Positions 1-10,008 of a stretch of DNA of 64,000 bases are shown piece by piece. The stretch is from a virus. The position numbers and the translations under genes are program-made. The notes beneath the pieces are model-generated. The model had not been told where the DNA came from. It ran no database searches and was given only the letters and a program-made list of their open reading frames with translations. The DNA is taken from positions 9,802 through 73,801 of the IMG/VR virus record IMGVR_UViG_3300030117_003378; one strand, 5' to 3'. Each line of letters begins with the position of its first letter. The stretch's first letter is position 1.

Positions 1-1399
1 TTGTGCAGTTTTCATTGTTAGAACTACTCTGTGGCTCTACCGTAGCCATCCATCCCTTCATCTGCGTTGGTGTGAAGTTTGCAGATGTGACGTTGTTGTT
101 TTTGAGTGTGTAGTAGCCACTAGATTCCGAACCACCTAAAGCATTTGTGCCTGTGACCTGTGTACCATTACAGAACACACGGTATCGGTTGTTGGTGTAA
201 TCTAGTACGAAATCCATATCAATCCACAAGTCGTCATTGTCATAAGTTTGCTTCGTCGTACCACCGGCTTCCGTGTATAGTTGCCTCAAGAAATCGTAGT
301 TCAATCCCGACTTTAGACCTTCGTTATCTGCGAAATCCATTGTCCATTCAATCGCGGCAGTGTTGGTGTTGCTTGAGTAACCTAACTCATCCGTAGCAGA
401 TAGTGTGTCGGAATAACCCACATATAGACTCACTATCGGCGCTCTGCCCGAAGTAGAGCCACCACTACTTGAAACATGACCATTGAACCCACGGACTGCA
501 AATCTGACTGTAAATATGTCGCCATCATCACGGCTGTTGAGTGTACCGTTGTATGCGATTGCAGGTCTTTTGTGTGTACCTCCACTGTTGTTGATGTGTG
601 CTTCGTGTGAATTATTGTGAGTAGTATTATTGTTGCTATCTCCGTGGTAGGATGTGATTTGTAGGAATGGTTTTCCAGCAGGGGATTTCACGGGAACCCA
701 AACCGCGTTGGGTGATTCATCTACCCCTCCGGCTACATCGTGAAATGTTGGTGCGCCTAGGGAGCGAGCCTCAAGTCTTTCTCCCATCCAACAACCCGTA
801 AGGTGAGCGAACTGTTGATAATCTACTCTTTCTTCGTTAGAGCCGGAATATGTGATTGCACCCGAGTAGTTGGCGTTGTGGTTGTTTTGGCTGAACGAGT
901 ATTTCAAGACTCTACCGTGCGTTGAATCTTGGTCGCCGTTCGGCACAATGTAATCTGCCGCTGTCCTAAAGCCATTTACGAATCTCTGAAATCCACCGAC
1001 GTTGGTTCCAATTGAGTCAGTATCATCGAATCGCATACGGTTTGGGTTGGCAATACCGTCAGGATATTGTAGTTGCGCCATACCCTCCCATCCCGTGTGC
1101 CCGTTGCGTATATCGTCATGCCTAAGCCACTTGTACTCTGCGAGGTTGGCTATGAACTTGGTAGTGGATGTCGTAAGCAATCTGCTTGTTACCGCAGCCC
1201 TCTCGTTGTAAGACCAACGGAAGCGCGGGTTGAGAGTAGCCTCTCCGTTCATCGGGTTGCCGTGGTGGGATGTAACGTGGCTGTATGTGGCCGTGAGACT
1301 AGGGGAGTTACCATCGTCGGCGATTGCTCGCGCCCCCGTGAAATCGTCGTAATAACCTGCAAGCCAAAACTGATATAGACTATCTACCGCTCTTACCAT
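1..1399 (-). CDS. Large virion/tail protein, N-terminal part (runs off the left edge)
   Basis: ATG at 1399 preceded by GTGAGAGTG; frame is open to position 1 (MVRAVDSLYQFWLAGYYDDF...); lies directly downstream of the tape measure gene; absent from the ORF track because there is no stop in the window. Confidence 0.7.
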   Translation of the reverse strand, partial: MVRAVDSLYQFWLAGYYDDFTGARAIADDGNSPSLTATYSHVTSHHGNPMNGEATLNPRFRWSYNERAAVTSRLLTTSTTKFIANLAEYKWLRHDDIRNGHTGWEGMAQLQYPDGIANPNRMRFDDTDSIGTNVGGFQRFVNGFRTAADYIVPNGDQDSTHGRVLKYSFSQNNHNANYSGAITYSGSNEERVDYQQFAHLTGCWMGERLEARSLGAPTFHDVAGGVDESPNAVWVPVKSPAGKPFLQITSYHGDSNNNTTHNNSHEAHINNSGGTHKRPAIAYNGTLNSRDDGDIFTVRFAVRGFNGHVSSSGGSTSGRAPIVSLYVGYSDTLSATDELGYSSNTNTAAIEWTMDFADNEGLKSGLNYDFLRQLYTEAGGTTKQTYDNDDLWIDMDFVLDYTNNRYRVFCNGTQVTGTNALGGSESSGYYTLKNNNVTSANFTPTQMKGWMATVEPQSSSNNENCT

Positions 1400-1412
1400 T
1401 TTTACACTCTCA

Positions 1413-4400
1413 CTATCTGCTGTCGGAGATGTTGATTCCTCGCAACCCCGCCTCTTCCTCTATCAAATCCATGATTTCCTTCGCAACTTGGTCCGTCGTC
1501 ATTCCATTAAATACGTTGGTTTGGATGACCTCTGTTTGGTTAATCAAATTTTCTACTCCTTCATTGATAACCTGCTTCATTAGGTCGCCCGTCAGATTTG
1601 CTGAAGAGAATCCAAAGAACAGTTCTTCTCTTTGGTTGTTAAAATCGAACAACTGCTCGCTGAAGGTAGTCAAGTGTTCTGTCGCACTTTTAATCGGGTC
1701 AACAACCCCTTCATCAAAAACAACACCCATAGTCCGCAAGAACGTCAAAACATCATCGGTACTTTTGAACCCTTGTGTACGCATGAAGTTGAAAAAGTCT
1801 TTTTGCGCCTGACCACCGTTTTTGAAAGACTGTTCCATGAGTGTCATTTCACCGGACAATTCAGAAAGGGGTTTTTCCAAAGGATGAGCAGCGATGAAAT
1901 CAGGCATCAAATCAATACCAAAGAATCCAGCATCCGAAACCCCCTTTTCAAAATCATCAATTTCCTTTTGGAAATCATCTATTTGGAAGTAAGCACGGAT
2001 GTCTCCTTCGTCTAATTGTCCTTCCGTGAATAGGTCGGCAATTGTTTTTGATTGGAGAGTTTGGAAGTTACCCAAAGATTCATTCACCGTGTTTAATTGA
2101 GTGTTCAGCAAGGATGCAGTAGCCCCATCAGCGCCTTCAATCGCCTCTGTCAATTCTCCATATTCTTGCTGCAATCTCTGGATATTTGTTGTTATTTGAC
2201 TCATTGGCATATCTTCGTTTGCCTTAGCGAAGTCAATCGTATCTTGAGTAACAGTTCCCACGATATGACCGTATGATTCGACAGAATCACCAGCGTCGTC
2301 GAAAACACCCGCTGCTTCAAGACCAAAAGAAATAGCCAAACCCGCAAGCACTGCCACTGCACCTAAACCCGTACTAATCAATGCAGCCCTGAAAGCCTTG
2401 GCAGCAGCCGCGCCTCTAAGCATAGAGGCGTTTGCTACATTTTGTGCTGCGGCTTGTCCTTGTAACCCTGTGGTAACAGCACCTATCTGTACCACCATTG
2501 GTATCATAGATGCGGTCATCAGAATGATGCTGGCGCGAGCAGCGTGTTTGCTATCGCCAAACATCATGGTAGCCATAGAAGCCATACCCAAAACCATACT
2601 AAATTTATTAGCGCTCATGGTGAGTCTGTCTAGTTTAGGTGCTGTGGTTTCAGCACCAGCGGCAACGGCTGGCATTCTTCCCGCCAAAAACCCTAGACCA
2701 CCGGCTGCTTGTAGTGCTTCAACGCCTTGGTCGTGTATATGGAAATTCAACTCTCTCATAGCGTTGGTAAGTGCCTCTTCGACAAGTAGCAACGTTTGCT
2801 TCTGCCCCTCGGTGCCACTCAAAGCGGCCTGTAACTCTTTTTCTAGTGTAACCGACACCGACTTTAGTCTGTGCATTTCTGCCTCGTCATTGGCGCGCTG
2901 CGCTTCTATCTGCTGCCTCTTTATTTCTCTTTGGATGTAAGTATCTTGTGTGAGAATGTATTCCTGTTCCTTTGCGATTAGTTTTTCTAATCCAGCCAAC
3001 CTTCTAAATCCTACTTGACCATACTTTTGTTCGACTTTGACTTGAGCGGATATTTCCAATCCGGTTAATCTATTTATAGCGACTTCTCTATTCTTAATTG
3101 CTGTTTCCTGTGATAAGTTTCGCCTCATCCTCTTCCCGTCTAAATCTGTGGCCTTATCACCCATCTTCATCATAAGGGCGATTTCAGCCTGTAAATTTGC
3201 TTTTTTCTTTGCGTGAAGATTACCTGCACTGTTGAATTCCTCAATAAAATCCTGTTGCTTTTCCATGCTCATCATATCGAACTGCCTACGCAAATCGCTC
3301 GCATCCGTGATGTTTTTCCTGTGAAGCACCATAGAGTTAGCAAAGTTGACTCTAAATGCCATTTGTTGCTCTGTGGTCAAAGCGCGCATAGTGTCTCTTT
3401 CGGCCATGACCATACTTAATCGCATTTGGGCAGAAGTCTTGCCTTCTTGTTCTCCCTGTATCAACATATCTTGGACAGCCAAACGCTCTTTCACTTCGTT
3501 AGTCAATCTTTCATTAGACAATACCTGCTCTTGAAGTGAATCCACAGCAATAGCGTTAGAGAAGGTGATGTTTTGATTTAAAGCCGCCCTCATTTTTTCC
3601 AATATGAAAATTTGGCTCTGCAACATTTGTTGCTGATTCAATCTTCCTGTCAAAGCACCTGTGATTTCGTTTGTTCTCCCATAAACCTGTTTACGCACTA
3701 ACTCTGTACCCAACATACTCTTAGTGATTGCTTGTTGCGTCATCAGCGCTACTTTCAGTTGCATCAAGTTGATGAACATATCAAAGGGGCCAGCAGCCAA
3801 CTTACCGAACTGTTGAGCCATGATGACGAATTGCGCGGTTGCACCCCCTACGTTGGTGCCTACGAAATCATTCAAGGCACTTGTGAGTCTACCCTGTGCC
3901 TCTGTAACGTGTGTAAGGGCCGGAAGTAACTCGTTGCCCATTTCCGCTCGATAATTTTTCAGTTGCGCCTCGGCCTTTCTAAACGCAGTTACGTTTTCTT
4001 CAAGTCTCTTATCTACTTCATCCTGTGCCTTCGCTTGGTCGAGAAGTGATTGAATCTGCAATTCCTGTGCGCGGTCAACATTTTCTGCCAACTTCAAGAA
4101 TCGAACATAGTGGTTGTTACCTGCAACAGCCTGTGCGATTGCTTGCTTCTGCGAATCCTCAAGAGTGTCGTAGATACCACTCAAGTCTTTGAGGATGTGG
4201 CTTAGGGCACGCAGGTTGCCCGAAGAATCGTGTGTCGCTACACCGAAGTTCTGCAAAGTAGTTGCCGCACCGTTTGTGTCGGCACCAAGACGAGCATAAA
4301 TCATCTTGAGGGCTCGACCGGCCTTACCCTGTTCTTCACCGGCCTCAATCATAACCGCCGATTGGGCAGCCATCGCCCCTATCGACTCGCCGGTCATATC

Positions 4401-5162
4401 CGCTTGCGAAGCGAACTGATTCATAACGAATGTTATTTGGCTCATCGTCGCTGCGCTACGATTCTCAATAGTGTTCAGTTGGTCAAGAATAGCCATGCTG
4501 TTGCGACGAACGGTGTTGGATTGCTCTTGGGCGTCTAACAGTAGGTACTGCTGACGAGTCAAGTCGCCATACATGAATCCTGTTTGCTGTTGTAAGTTGA
4601 TAAGGCGTGTCATGGCTGCTTCTGTTTCCATGCCACCAATCAGAGCAAACTTAATACCCACTTCTGTTGCGGCACCCATAGCACCGGTTCCGACGATACC
4701 CGACAACTGCGCCATACGCGCACCTGCCGCTAGGGATGCGTCGGCAGCGAATCCATACGTTTCACCCATTCTGACGATTTCATCGGTAACTTTTGCTAAA
4801 TTTTCTCCTTCCTGTACGAATTTTTCAAACTCAATTCGGGCATCTGCGACTTCTATGGTCACTTCCTTAAACGAATCAACGAACATCTGTACGTTGTCGC
4901 CTAGCATCTGAAATGACTCTTGTATGCCCGAAAGACCGTCAAGCATAATAGCGTTGAATGCGGCCTGTTTAGCGCCCGCATCCTGAAGCATTCTGTCTGC
5001 TTGGAATGTACCCACAATGTCGAAGAAAACACGCGACGCACCACCACGAAGTTGCATCATGGGGAATAGCGATAGAATAGCGAGAATGACCCAAAGCAGG
5101 TCAATCCATGAATCGCCCCACGACCATGTGGGAATCATCAAATCAGGGGTTGGGAAATCCAT
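1413..5162 (-). CDS. Tail tape measure protein
   Basis: 1249 aa, Ala/Gln-rich and helical; phage TMP core (GEEQGKAGRALKMIYARL...DSSGNLRALSHILKDL); hydrophobic C-terminal segments; follows tail tube and chaperones. Confidence 0.88.
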   Translation of the reverse strand: MDFPTPDLMIPTWSWGDSWIDLLWVILAILSLFPMMQLRGGASRVFFDIVGTFQADRMLQDAGAKQAAFNAIMLDGLSGIQESFQMLGDNVQMFVDSFKEVTIEVADARIEFEKFVQEGENLAKVTDEIVRMGETYGFAADASLAAGARMAQLSGIVGTGAMGAATEVGIKFALIGGMETEAAMTRLINLQQQTGFMYGDLTRQQYLLLDAQEQSNTVRRNSMAILDQLNTIENRSAATMSQITFVMNQFASQADMTGESIGAMAAQSAVMIEAGEEQGKAGRALKMIYARLGADTNGAATTLQNFGVATHDSSGNLRALSHILKDLSGIYDTLEDSQKQAIAQAVAGNNHYVRFLKLAENVDRAQELQIQSLLDQAKAQDEVDKRLEENVTAFRKAEAQLKNYRAEMGNELLPALTHVTEAQGRLTSALNDFVGTNVGGATAQFVIMAQQFGKLAAGPFDMFINLMQLKVALMTQQAITKSMLGTELVRKQVYGRTNEITGALTGRLNQQQMLQSQIFILEKMRAALNQNITFSNAIAVDSLQEQVLSNERLTNEVKERLAVQDMLIQGEQEGKTSAQMRLSMVMAERDTMRALTTEQQMAFRVNFANSMVLHRKNITDASDLRRQFDMMSMEKQQDFIEEFNSAGNLHAKKKANLQAEIALMMKMGDKATDLDGKRMRRNLSQETAIKNREVAINRLTGLEISAQVKVEQKYGQVGFRRLAGLEKLIAKEQEYILTQDTYIQREIKRQQIEAQRANDEAEMHRLKSVSVTLEKELQAALSGTEGQKQTLLLVEEALTNAMRELNFHIHDQGVEALQAAGGLGFLAGRMPAVAAGAETTAPKLDRLTMSANKFSMVLGMASMATMMFGDSKHAARASIILMTASMIPMVVQIGAVTTGLQGQAAAQNVANASMLRGAAAAKAFRAALISTGLGAVAVLAGLAISFGLEAAGVFDDAGDSVESYGHIVGTVTQDTIDFAKANEDMPMSQITTNIQRLQQEYGELTEAIEGADGATASLLNTQLNTVNESLGNFQTLQSKTIADLFTEGQLDEGDIRAYFQIDDFQKEIDDFEKGVSDAGFFGIDLMPDFIAAHPLEKPLSELSGEMTLMEQSFKNGGQAQKDFFNFMRTQGFKSTDDVLTFLRTMGVVFDEGVVDPIKSATEHLTTFSEQLFDFNNQREELFFGFSSANLTGDLMKQVINEGVENLINQTEVIQTNVFNGMTTDQVAKEIMDLIEEEAGLRGINISDSR

Positions 5163-5171
5163 TACTCAACA

Positions 5172-5462
5172 CTACTCGCTATCATCGTCGAACCCGACTC
5201 GCTCAATTGGCATACCTGCCGCTCTGATAGCATCTAGCATATCAGTGTTGGATAAACCTTCCCTCGCTTCACGCTTTCTGTTGCGTCTTGCGACTGCGCC
5301 CTTGGCGTTGCCAGCCGATTTCTTCTTGGCCGCATTCGTAGCCTCTCGGGTCTGTTCCGATATTTCTGCCGCGACCAACAGGTCTAGGTTCATTCGGTGT
5401 GTACCGCCTTCGCAATCGTAGCGGTCCCACAGTTCCGAGGGCAGCGTTCCCTTGAACGCCAT
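5172..5462 (-). CDS. Tail assembly chaperone extension (lambda gpT-like), probably made as a -1 frameshift fusion
   Basis: Between chaperone and TMP; in the -1 frame of 5477..5836 and open back through the slippery site. Confidence 0.7.
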   Translation of the reverse strand: MAFKGTLPSELWDRYDCEGGTHRMNLDLLVAAEISEQTREATNAAKKKSAGNAKGAVARRNRKREAREGLSNTDMLDAIRAAGMPIERVGFDDDSE

Positions 5463-5476
5463 GCAAAGATTCGGGG

Positions 5477-5836
5477 CTACTCGGAAGAAGAGGCCAAAGG
5501 GATTGCGCCCTCCAAATCATCACCACGGATGAAGTAGAGGATGTCACGGCACTCTTCGGATGTCAACGATTCAACGTCAAAATCTTTGTCCATGATGCAC
5601 TTTGGAATCCACTGCTGCATCTGCTGTTCGATTCCACACCCTGCCTCGTCAATCGCCTGTGCAAACTCTTCGTTCTGCTTTGGCGACCACTCGTTCGGGT
5701 CTAAACCAAAGTGTCTAAAATCTCTAAACACTCGGGCCTGTGCCGTTTCAATCTTGAGTTTGTCCATGCCGGAGGCTTGGCGCACCCAAATCTTTGTTCC
5801 ATCATTCAATTCAATTTCTTTTTTCAATACGGGCAT
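5477..5836 (-). CDS. Tail assembly chaperone (lambda gpG-like)
   Basis: 119 aa acidic protein between tail tube and TMP, with an in-frame slippery heptamer near its 3' end. Confidence 0.75.
   Translation of the reverse strand: MPVLKKEIELNDGTKIWVRQASGMDKLKIETAQARVFRDFRHFGLDPNEWSPKQNEEFAQAIDEAGCGIEQQMQQWIPKCIMDKDFDVESLTSEECRDILYFIRGDDLEGAIPLASSSE
5495..5501 (-). other. -1 programmed ribosomal frameshift site C CCT TTG
   Basis: X XXY YYZ heptamer in the correct codon phase (ATC CCT TTG); the -1 frame reads GLFFRVAPNLC into MAFKGTL of 5172..5462. Confidence 0.75.
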
Positions 5837-5884
5837 ATTTTCATCCTCTTCTCTACACTATCTTTCTCTAAAATCTAATCACTA

Positions 5885-6082
5885 TCAAGCAACGTCATAC
5901 CATACTACTGTCAAGGTTATGTCGTTGCTATCTTTCTTTCTGCTCGTATCGCAAGAAATGATAACATCATTGTTTGCGATTGCGGCCCTAAATGCCGTCT
6001 GCACAGCCGACGCTGTTCCTGTGAATTGGTTGACTTTCAGTTTGGTCTTGTCCGTAATGACAGTTCCACCGTTGTTAGCCAA
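5885..6082 (-). CDS. Small hypothetical protein of the tail module
   Basis: TTG start after GAGGTGA RBS; 65 aa. Confidence 0.65.
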   Translation of the reverse strand: MANNGGTVITDKTKLKVNQFTGTASAVQTAFRAAIANNDVIISCDTSRKKDSNDITLTVVWYDVA

Positions 6083-6091
6083 TCAATCACC

Positions 6092-7144
6092 TCAATATGT
6101 GGAGGTTCGCTGTGCGCCTTTGGTCTTTACAGACATACAGTTGTTACTGTTGTTGATGTCTGCGAGTGCTACGAAGTTTACAGTCATGGTCTGCGTATCG
6201 CGACCACTGACACTTGCTTCAGGTGCTTCAAACCGAAGGTGGAAGAATTTGACCTCGACGTAGTTTGTTCCGGCCTCATCTTTGAAGTTGAGTACCATAG
6301 CGGGCGTCGAGGTTGATTGGTTGATGCTGTGACCGTCTGCTGCAATCAAGTTATCGTATGTTGGCTCGTTGGTGCTACTTGCCGCACTGTGGATAACTTG
6401 GTTGAACTCGATTGTGCCCGTAACCTCTCGCATCTGCACGGGTGGTGCGCGAGTGTATGTCGGGCTACCGATTCCACAGGCGTTGTCTGTATCACGGTTG
6501 AGATTGATTTCAAAGTTTACAGCCTTGACCTTTGCGGTTGCTGTTCCATCAGATGCTTGACCCAAGAACACTGTTCCGTCTGCAAAGTGTAGAGCATCAA
6601 CGGTGTGGAAGGCTACATCGGATGCACCCAAACAGGCGTTTGAGTTGTCGATGGCTAGAGTACCGGATTCTGACTTGCCAACGAAGTCAACGCTCATCAT
6701 AACGTACTCGTTTACTGATGCGCTTAGACTCATTCTGTTCGCACACATTCCGGTGTACTTGTGTTCCTTGTCCTCACGACCCACACGGATTGTGAAGGAT
6801 GGGTATGCGTGCGCGGTTGTCGTATCTCCCTCATCGAAAGTGTGAGCGGAGGAACCGTATGTGTTGTTAGGGAAGAATCCCAAGAAGCACATATTGACGA
6901 AATCGTCAGGTTGTAGTGCCATGTTGACGCCACCTTCGGAAAATTCCTTTCCGGTTACAGATTTTGCTGCGATTGCTCGGCTCATATCAGAGCGAGTCAG
7001 TAGGTCGAATTTGTGTGCGAACGATTCGTCGTCACACTCGCCGTAAAAATACGCTGACGAAGGCGTTGCTTGCGGGTCTGTGCCGTATGTTGATTCCTTT
7101 GCGATTGCCACATAGCGCAGGTCGAATTCACTTGATTGAGCCAT
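6092..7144 (-). CDS. Major tail tube protein
   Basis: 350 aa; starts with YVAIAKESTYGT and has the beta-rich, Ser/Thr-rich pattern of siphovirus tail tubes; synteny. Confidence 0.8.
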   Translation of the reverse strand: MAQSSEFDLRYVAIAKESTYGTDPQATPSSAYFYGECDDESFAHKFDLLTRSDMSRAIAAKSVTGKEFSEGGVNMALQPDDFVNMCFLGFFPNNTYGSSAHTFDEGDTTTAHAYPSFTIRVGREDKEHKYTGMCANRMSLSASVNEYVMMSVDFVGKSESGTLAIDNSNACLGASDVAFHTVDALHFADGTVFLGQASDGTATAKVKAVNFEINLNRDTDNACGIGSPTYTRAPPVQMREVTGTIEFNQVIHSAASSTNEPTYDNLIAADGHSINQSTSTPAMVLNFKDEAGTNYVEVKFFHLRFEAPEASVSGRDTQTMTVNFVALADINNSNNCMSVKTKGAQRTSTY

Positions 7145-7184
7145 AGAGAGTTACACCTCTTATGTGTCACCATCCATTGAGTGT

Positions 7185-7198
7185 CTTATCAACGTTTG
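7185..7198 (-). promoter_or_regulatory. Putative late promoter CAAACGTTGATAAG upstream of the tail tube gene
   Basis: Intergenic, TATA-like TTGATAAG about 40 nt upstream of the ATG; exact 14-bp copy at 15321-15334. Confidence 0.6.
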
Positions 7199-7211
7199 TA
7201 TAATGTTCGCT

Positions 7212-8291
7212 TTACCGCGTTCTCATGTTGATTCGGCGCATATAGCGCATGGTCAATGTATGCACGCAGACTGTTTCATCATCGTCGCGTTTGGTGTCTA
7301 AATCAGCAGCATAACTGACGATACTGTCAGTGTTGGCGCTCAATCCCGTTTTCGTGTAAAGTTCGTCAAAAACCTCACCAACAATGTTTAGGCAAGAGCG
7401 GTAGGCATCAGAATAATTAGTGCCGCGTGTGGTCACAAAAATAAGCACATCATACTCTTGGATGATTCGACCACCACCTAATGCGTCAAAGGATGGTGAT
7501 TCGATGCCTTTGACAAGAACGTGTATAGCCGGTGCTGAAATACGATTGACCATTTCGGATGAAATGTCATATCCATATACGATACTACTGTCCTCGACCT
7601 GTGTTTTGAGGTAAAGGCGGTTACAATCTCTCAACCTTTCTACGATTGATAGCCCCATGCGCGCAAGGGTGTCCTGTGCAAAGTCGGAAGTCATCAACTC
7701 TTCAGGACTGAAAGCGCCGTGCGTAGAGGCGTACACAGAGCCCCATTTTACAGAACCGTTAGCGTTACCCCACAAGATGCTTTTTGATGACCCTGACGCC
7801 CCTGTAACGGACAGGAAATGGGTAGCCCCGTCGTCATCCTCGATGATTTCACGCATATACAGTTTGGCAGCACCGCCATCCTCAAGAGTCAAGCGAAGAA
7901 TCAGAGTAGTTGGCTCATCTTCAGCCAAACCCAAATCTAAGTCGTGTGTTGTGACTGTGCTTGCGCCTACTAGGTCTAATTTAGAGCGGTTGCCCTTCGA
8001 CCTAACCTCAACCTTATGGGTGCCGTTATCAAGGCTTAGAAGCACCGTACCGTTGCTCGGTATGCTGCTTCCATTGTCCATGTAGAGTGCTGCAACGATT
8101 GTGTATGAATTTGTGGTCGGTGTAATCGAAAAGGTCTGATTGGAGGTGATAGTCCAATAACCATCAGTAGTAGCGGAACCACCTGTTCCGCTTTTTGTCC
8201 AAACCTGATTGTTGATGTCGCTAGTCGGTGATTCAGGATTGTCGCCGTTCAAACGACTTGTCCAATACTGCGTCTTATCTGCGATAGCCAT
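7212..8291 (-). CDS. Tail terminator/completion-like protein with an N-terminal beta-sandwich domain
   Basis: C-terminal ~150 aa (PAIHVLV...EYDVLIFV...TLTMRY) fits the tail terminator pattern; immediately upstream of the tail tube. Confidence 0.55.
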   Translation of the reverse strand: MAIADKTQYWTSRLNGDNPESPTSDINNQVWTKSGTGGSATTDGYWTITSNQTFSITPTTNSYTIVAALYMDNGSSIPSNGTVLLSLDNGTHKVEVRSKGNRSKLDLVGASTVTTHDLDLGLAEDEPTTLILRLTLEDGGAAKLYMREIIEDDDGATHFLSVTGASGSSKSILWGNANGSVKWGSVYASTHGAFSPEELMTSDFAQDTLARMGLSIVERLRDCNRLYLKTQVEDSSIVYGYDISSEMVNRISAPAIHVLVKGIESPSFDALGGGRIIQEYDVLIFVTTRGTNYSDAYRSCLNIVGEVFDELYTKTGLSANTDSIVSYAADLDTKRDDDETVCVHTLTMRYMRRINMRTR

Positions 8292-8908
8292 TAGTACCCC
8301 ATCCCCTTGTTCTTTGCGTGTTTGACAAACTCTTTCGCTAGAATTCTAGGTATTTTATCAGACAGTAGTTTTTCTACAATCCTGTCTGCGGTTTTTGACA
8401 GCCAATCTGTTCTCGGGAATCCGGGGTGTCTGTGCATTGTTTCACCGGGCAAGTAACCCATTTTGCCGCCAAGAAGTCTCTTGAAAGTACCTGATGCTTC
8501 AATCTCTTTACCCTTTTCATAAGCAGCACTAGATTTGAAGGCGTACACAAATGGGCTCATACCATCTTCTAGCATTTCAGCAAGGTTGATACCGCGAGAA
8601 CCCAAAACACCCGTTACTGTACCATCCTCGGCAACCGATGCGATGAAGGTTTCTGAATCAGTATCATCTACTATTTGCCCGACCTGCAAAGATTGAGCCA
8701 CGGCATCTCCCTGCTCACCGTGCCGTTTCAATCGGGCTTGGGCGTTGCGTTTTTCATCTTGAAATACTTTTTTGATTTCACGGGCCACCAATACACCAGC
8801 CCTTCTTTTGAAGGTTCTAAGCAGTTCATTGACTTTTTCTTGTGGGTAACTTACCTCAAATCTAAGGAAATCACCTGCGTTGCCAATCTTTGTAAATTCG
8901 GTTGCCAC
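8291..8908 (-). CDS. Neck/tail completion protein (HK97 gp10-like)
   Basis: Likely GTG start at 8908 after GGTGA; basic, with LEDG and HPG...W motifs; position. Confidence 0.5.
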   Translation of the reverse strand: MATEFTKIGNAGDFLRFEVSYPQEKVNELLRTFKRRAGVLVAREIKKVFQDEKRNAQARLKRHGEQGDAVAQSLQVGQIVDDTDSETFIASVAEDGTVTGVLGSRGINLAEMLEDGMSPFVYAFKSSAAYEKGKEIEASGTFKRLLGGKMGYLPGETMHRHPGFPRTDWLSKTADRIVEKLLSDKIPRILAKEFVKHAKNKGMGY

Positions 8909-8918
8909 AATATCACCT

Positions 8919-9455
8919 TCAGTCAACAGAACCAAGGTGTGCAAGTCTGCGGAGATTCTGCGTTCCGCGTTCGCGAAGTCGATGTGCGCGACCGGTGCCC
9001 TCTGTGCCGGAAGTTTGGAATGTAGCCTCATCTTCGATGTAGTAAGCCGCAGCCAAATCCGCACAGATTTCTCTTAGAACGTGGGCAAACTCTCCCTGTT
9101 GTACGGTTACATTATCAGCATGGTCTGCCGATAGTCCTGTGACGCCTGTAAGTTGGTTTGTAGATTTACCTGACCATGCAAACGAGTCTCCGTCAATGTT
9201 ACCGTTGCCGGAAGTGGAAAAGGCTGTACCGGAAGTTAGATTAACCGTTGTTGCTCCCGCAGCGGTCGCGCCGTCGAGCGTAGTCTCTGCGGTTTCTCGG
9301 CTAGGTGTATCTCTGCCGTAGTCTAGGAACTCTTGGTCGATGTCGATGGTTGCACGGCGAATAGCGCTGTTTAGGCGCGTAGTCGCTTTGTCACGCTGCG
9401 CGCTGTTGAGCCCCAATCGGCTTCCAACGTCGGCGTTCGTGCAATAGTATGCCAT
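8919..9455 (-). CDS. Head-tail adaptor-like protein with an inserted beta domain
   Basis: MAYYCTNADV...AIRRATIDID...LREICADLAAAY pattern of helical connector proteins, interrupted by a Thr/Gly-rich insert. Confidence 0.55.
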   Translation of the reverse strand: MAYYCTNADVGSRLGLNSAQRDKATTRLNSAIRRATIDIDQEFLDYGRDTPSRETAETTLDGATAAGATTVNLTSGTAFSTSGNGNIDGDSFAWSGKSTNQLTGVTGLSADHADNVTVQQGEFAHVLREICADLAAAYYIEDEATFQTSGTEGTGRAHRLRERGTQNLRRLAHLGSVD

Positions 9456-9459
9456 CTAA

Positions 9460-9648
9460 TCACTCCTTGATTTCTTTGACTTCCTTTTTCGTTTCTTTTG
9501 CCTTGTCTGCAACATCTTCAACAGTGTCAATCAGTTCGTCAAGGGTAATCTTGCCATCAGCCATAACCGACTGATACTTCTTTATTCCCCAAACGGCTAC
9601 ACCGATACCTAGCACTGCTAATGCACCATACATCTCAATATCCATCAT
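9460..9648 (-). CDS. Small single-TM membrane protein
   Basis: Hydrophobic GALAVLGIGVAVWGI followed by a charged tail. Confidence 0.6.
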   Translation of the reverse strand: MMDIEMYGALAVLGIGVAVWGIKKYQSVMADGKITLDELIDTVEDVADKAKETKKEVKEIKE

Positions 9649-9833
9649 CTATCACCTTCTCTATTATACAGAACCTCTTTGACTGCTGAATGCGGAATCA
9701 CCGTAAACGGCCTGTCGTGACCTGCCCTGTAAATCTTATAACCATGAGGTGTTACTTCAATATACACGTTGGTATAACACTTCTCGGGTGGAACATACAC
9801 AATTTTACCTAGTCTCTTTTCTTCTTTGCTCAT
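9645..9833 (-). CDS. Hypothetical protein
   Basis: Tightly packed ORF; likely start MSKEEKR at 9833. Confidence 0.55.
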   Translation of the reverse strand: MSKEEKRLGKIVYVPPEKCYTNVYIEVTPHGYKIYRAGHDRPFTVIPHSAVKEVLYNREGDR

Positions 9834-9834
9834 T

Positions 9835-10008
9835 TTACTCACTCATCCATGTTTCTAGTTGTTCATCTGTGGGTGCTTCGCCCCACTCTGCGGGCCAATT
9901 TTGCCTTTTGAAATATACACCGTCGCCTTTATCTTCTACTAGATTAACCCATAGTGGGTCAAAATCAGGATAGTTTTCCATCAATACTTGTTCCATACTT
10001 TTACTCAT
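9835..10008 (-). CDS. Small acidic protein, possibly an XkdW-like fibre partner (57 aa)
   Basis: Not in the ORF track; MSKSMEQVLMENYP...WGEAPTDEQLETW; start overlaps the stop of the fibre gene. Confidence 0.55.
   Translation of the reverse strand: MSKSMEQVLMENYPDFDPLWVNLVEDKGDGVYFKRQNWPAEWGEAPTDEQLETWMSE

Noticed and set aside
5269-5547. 92-aa ORF as the frameshift partner
   Set aside because: It is in the +1 frame; the slippery heptamer leads to 5172..5462
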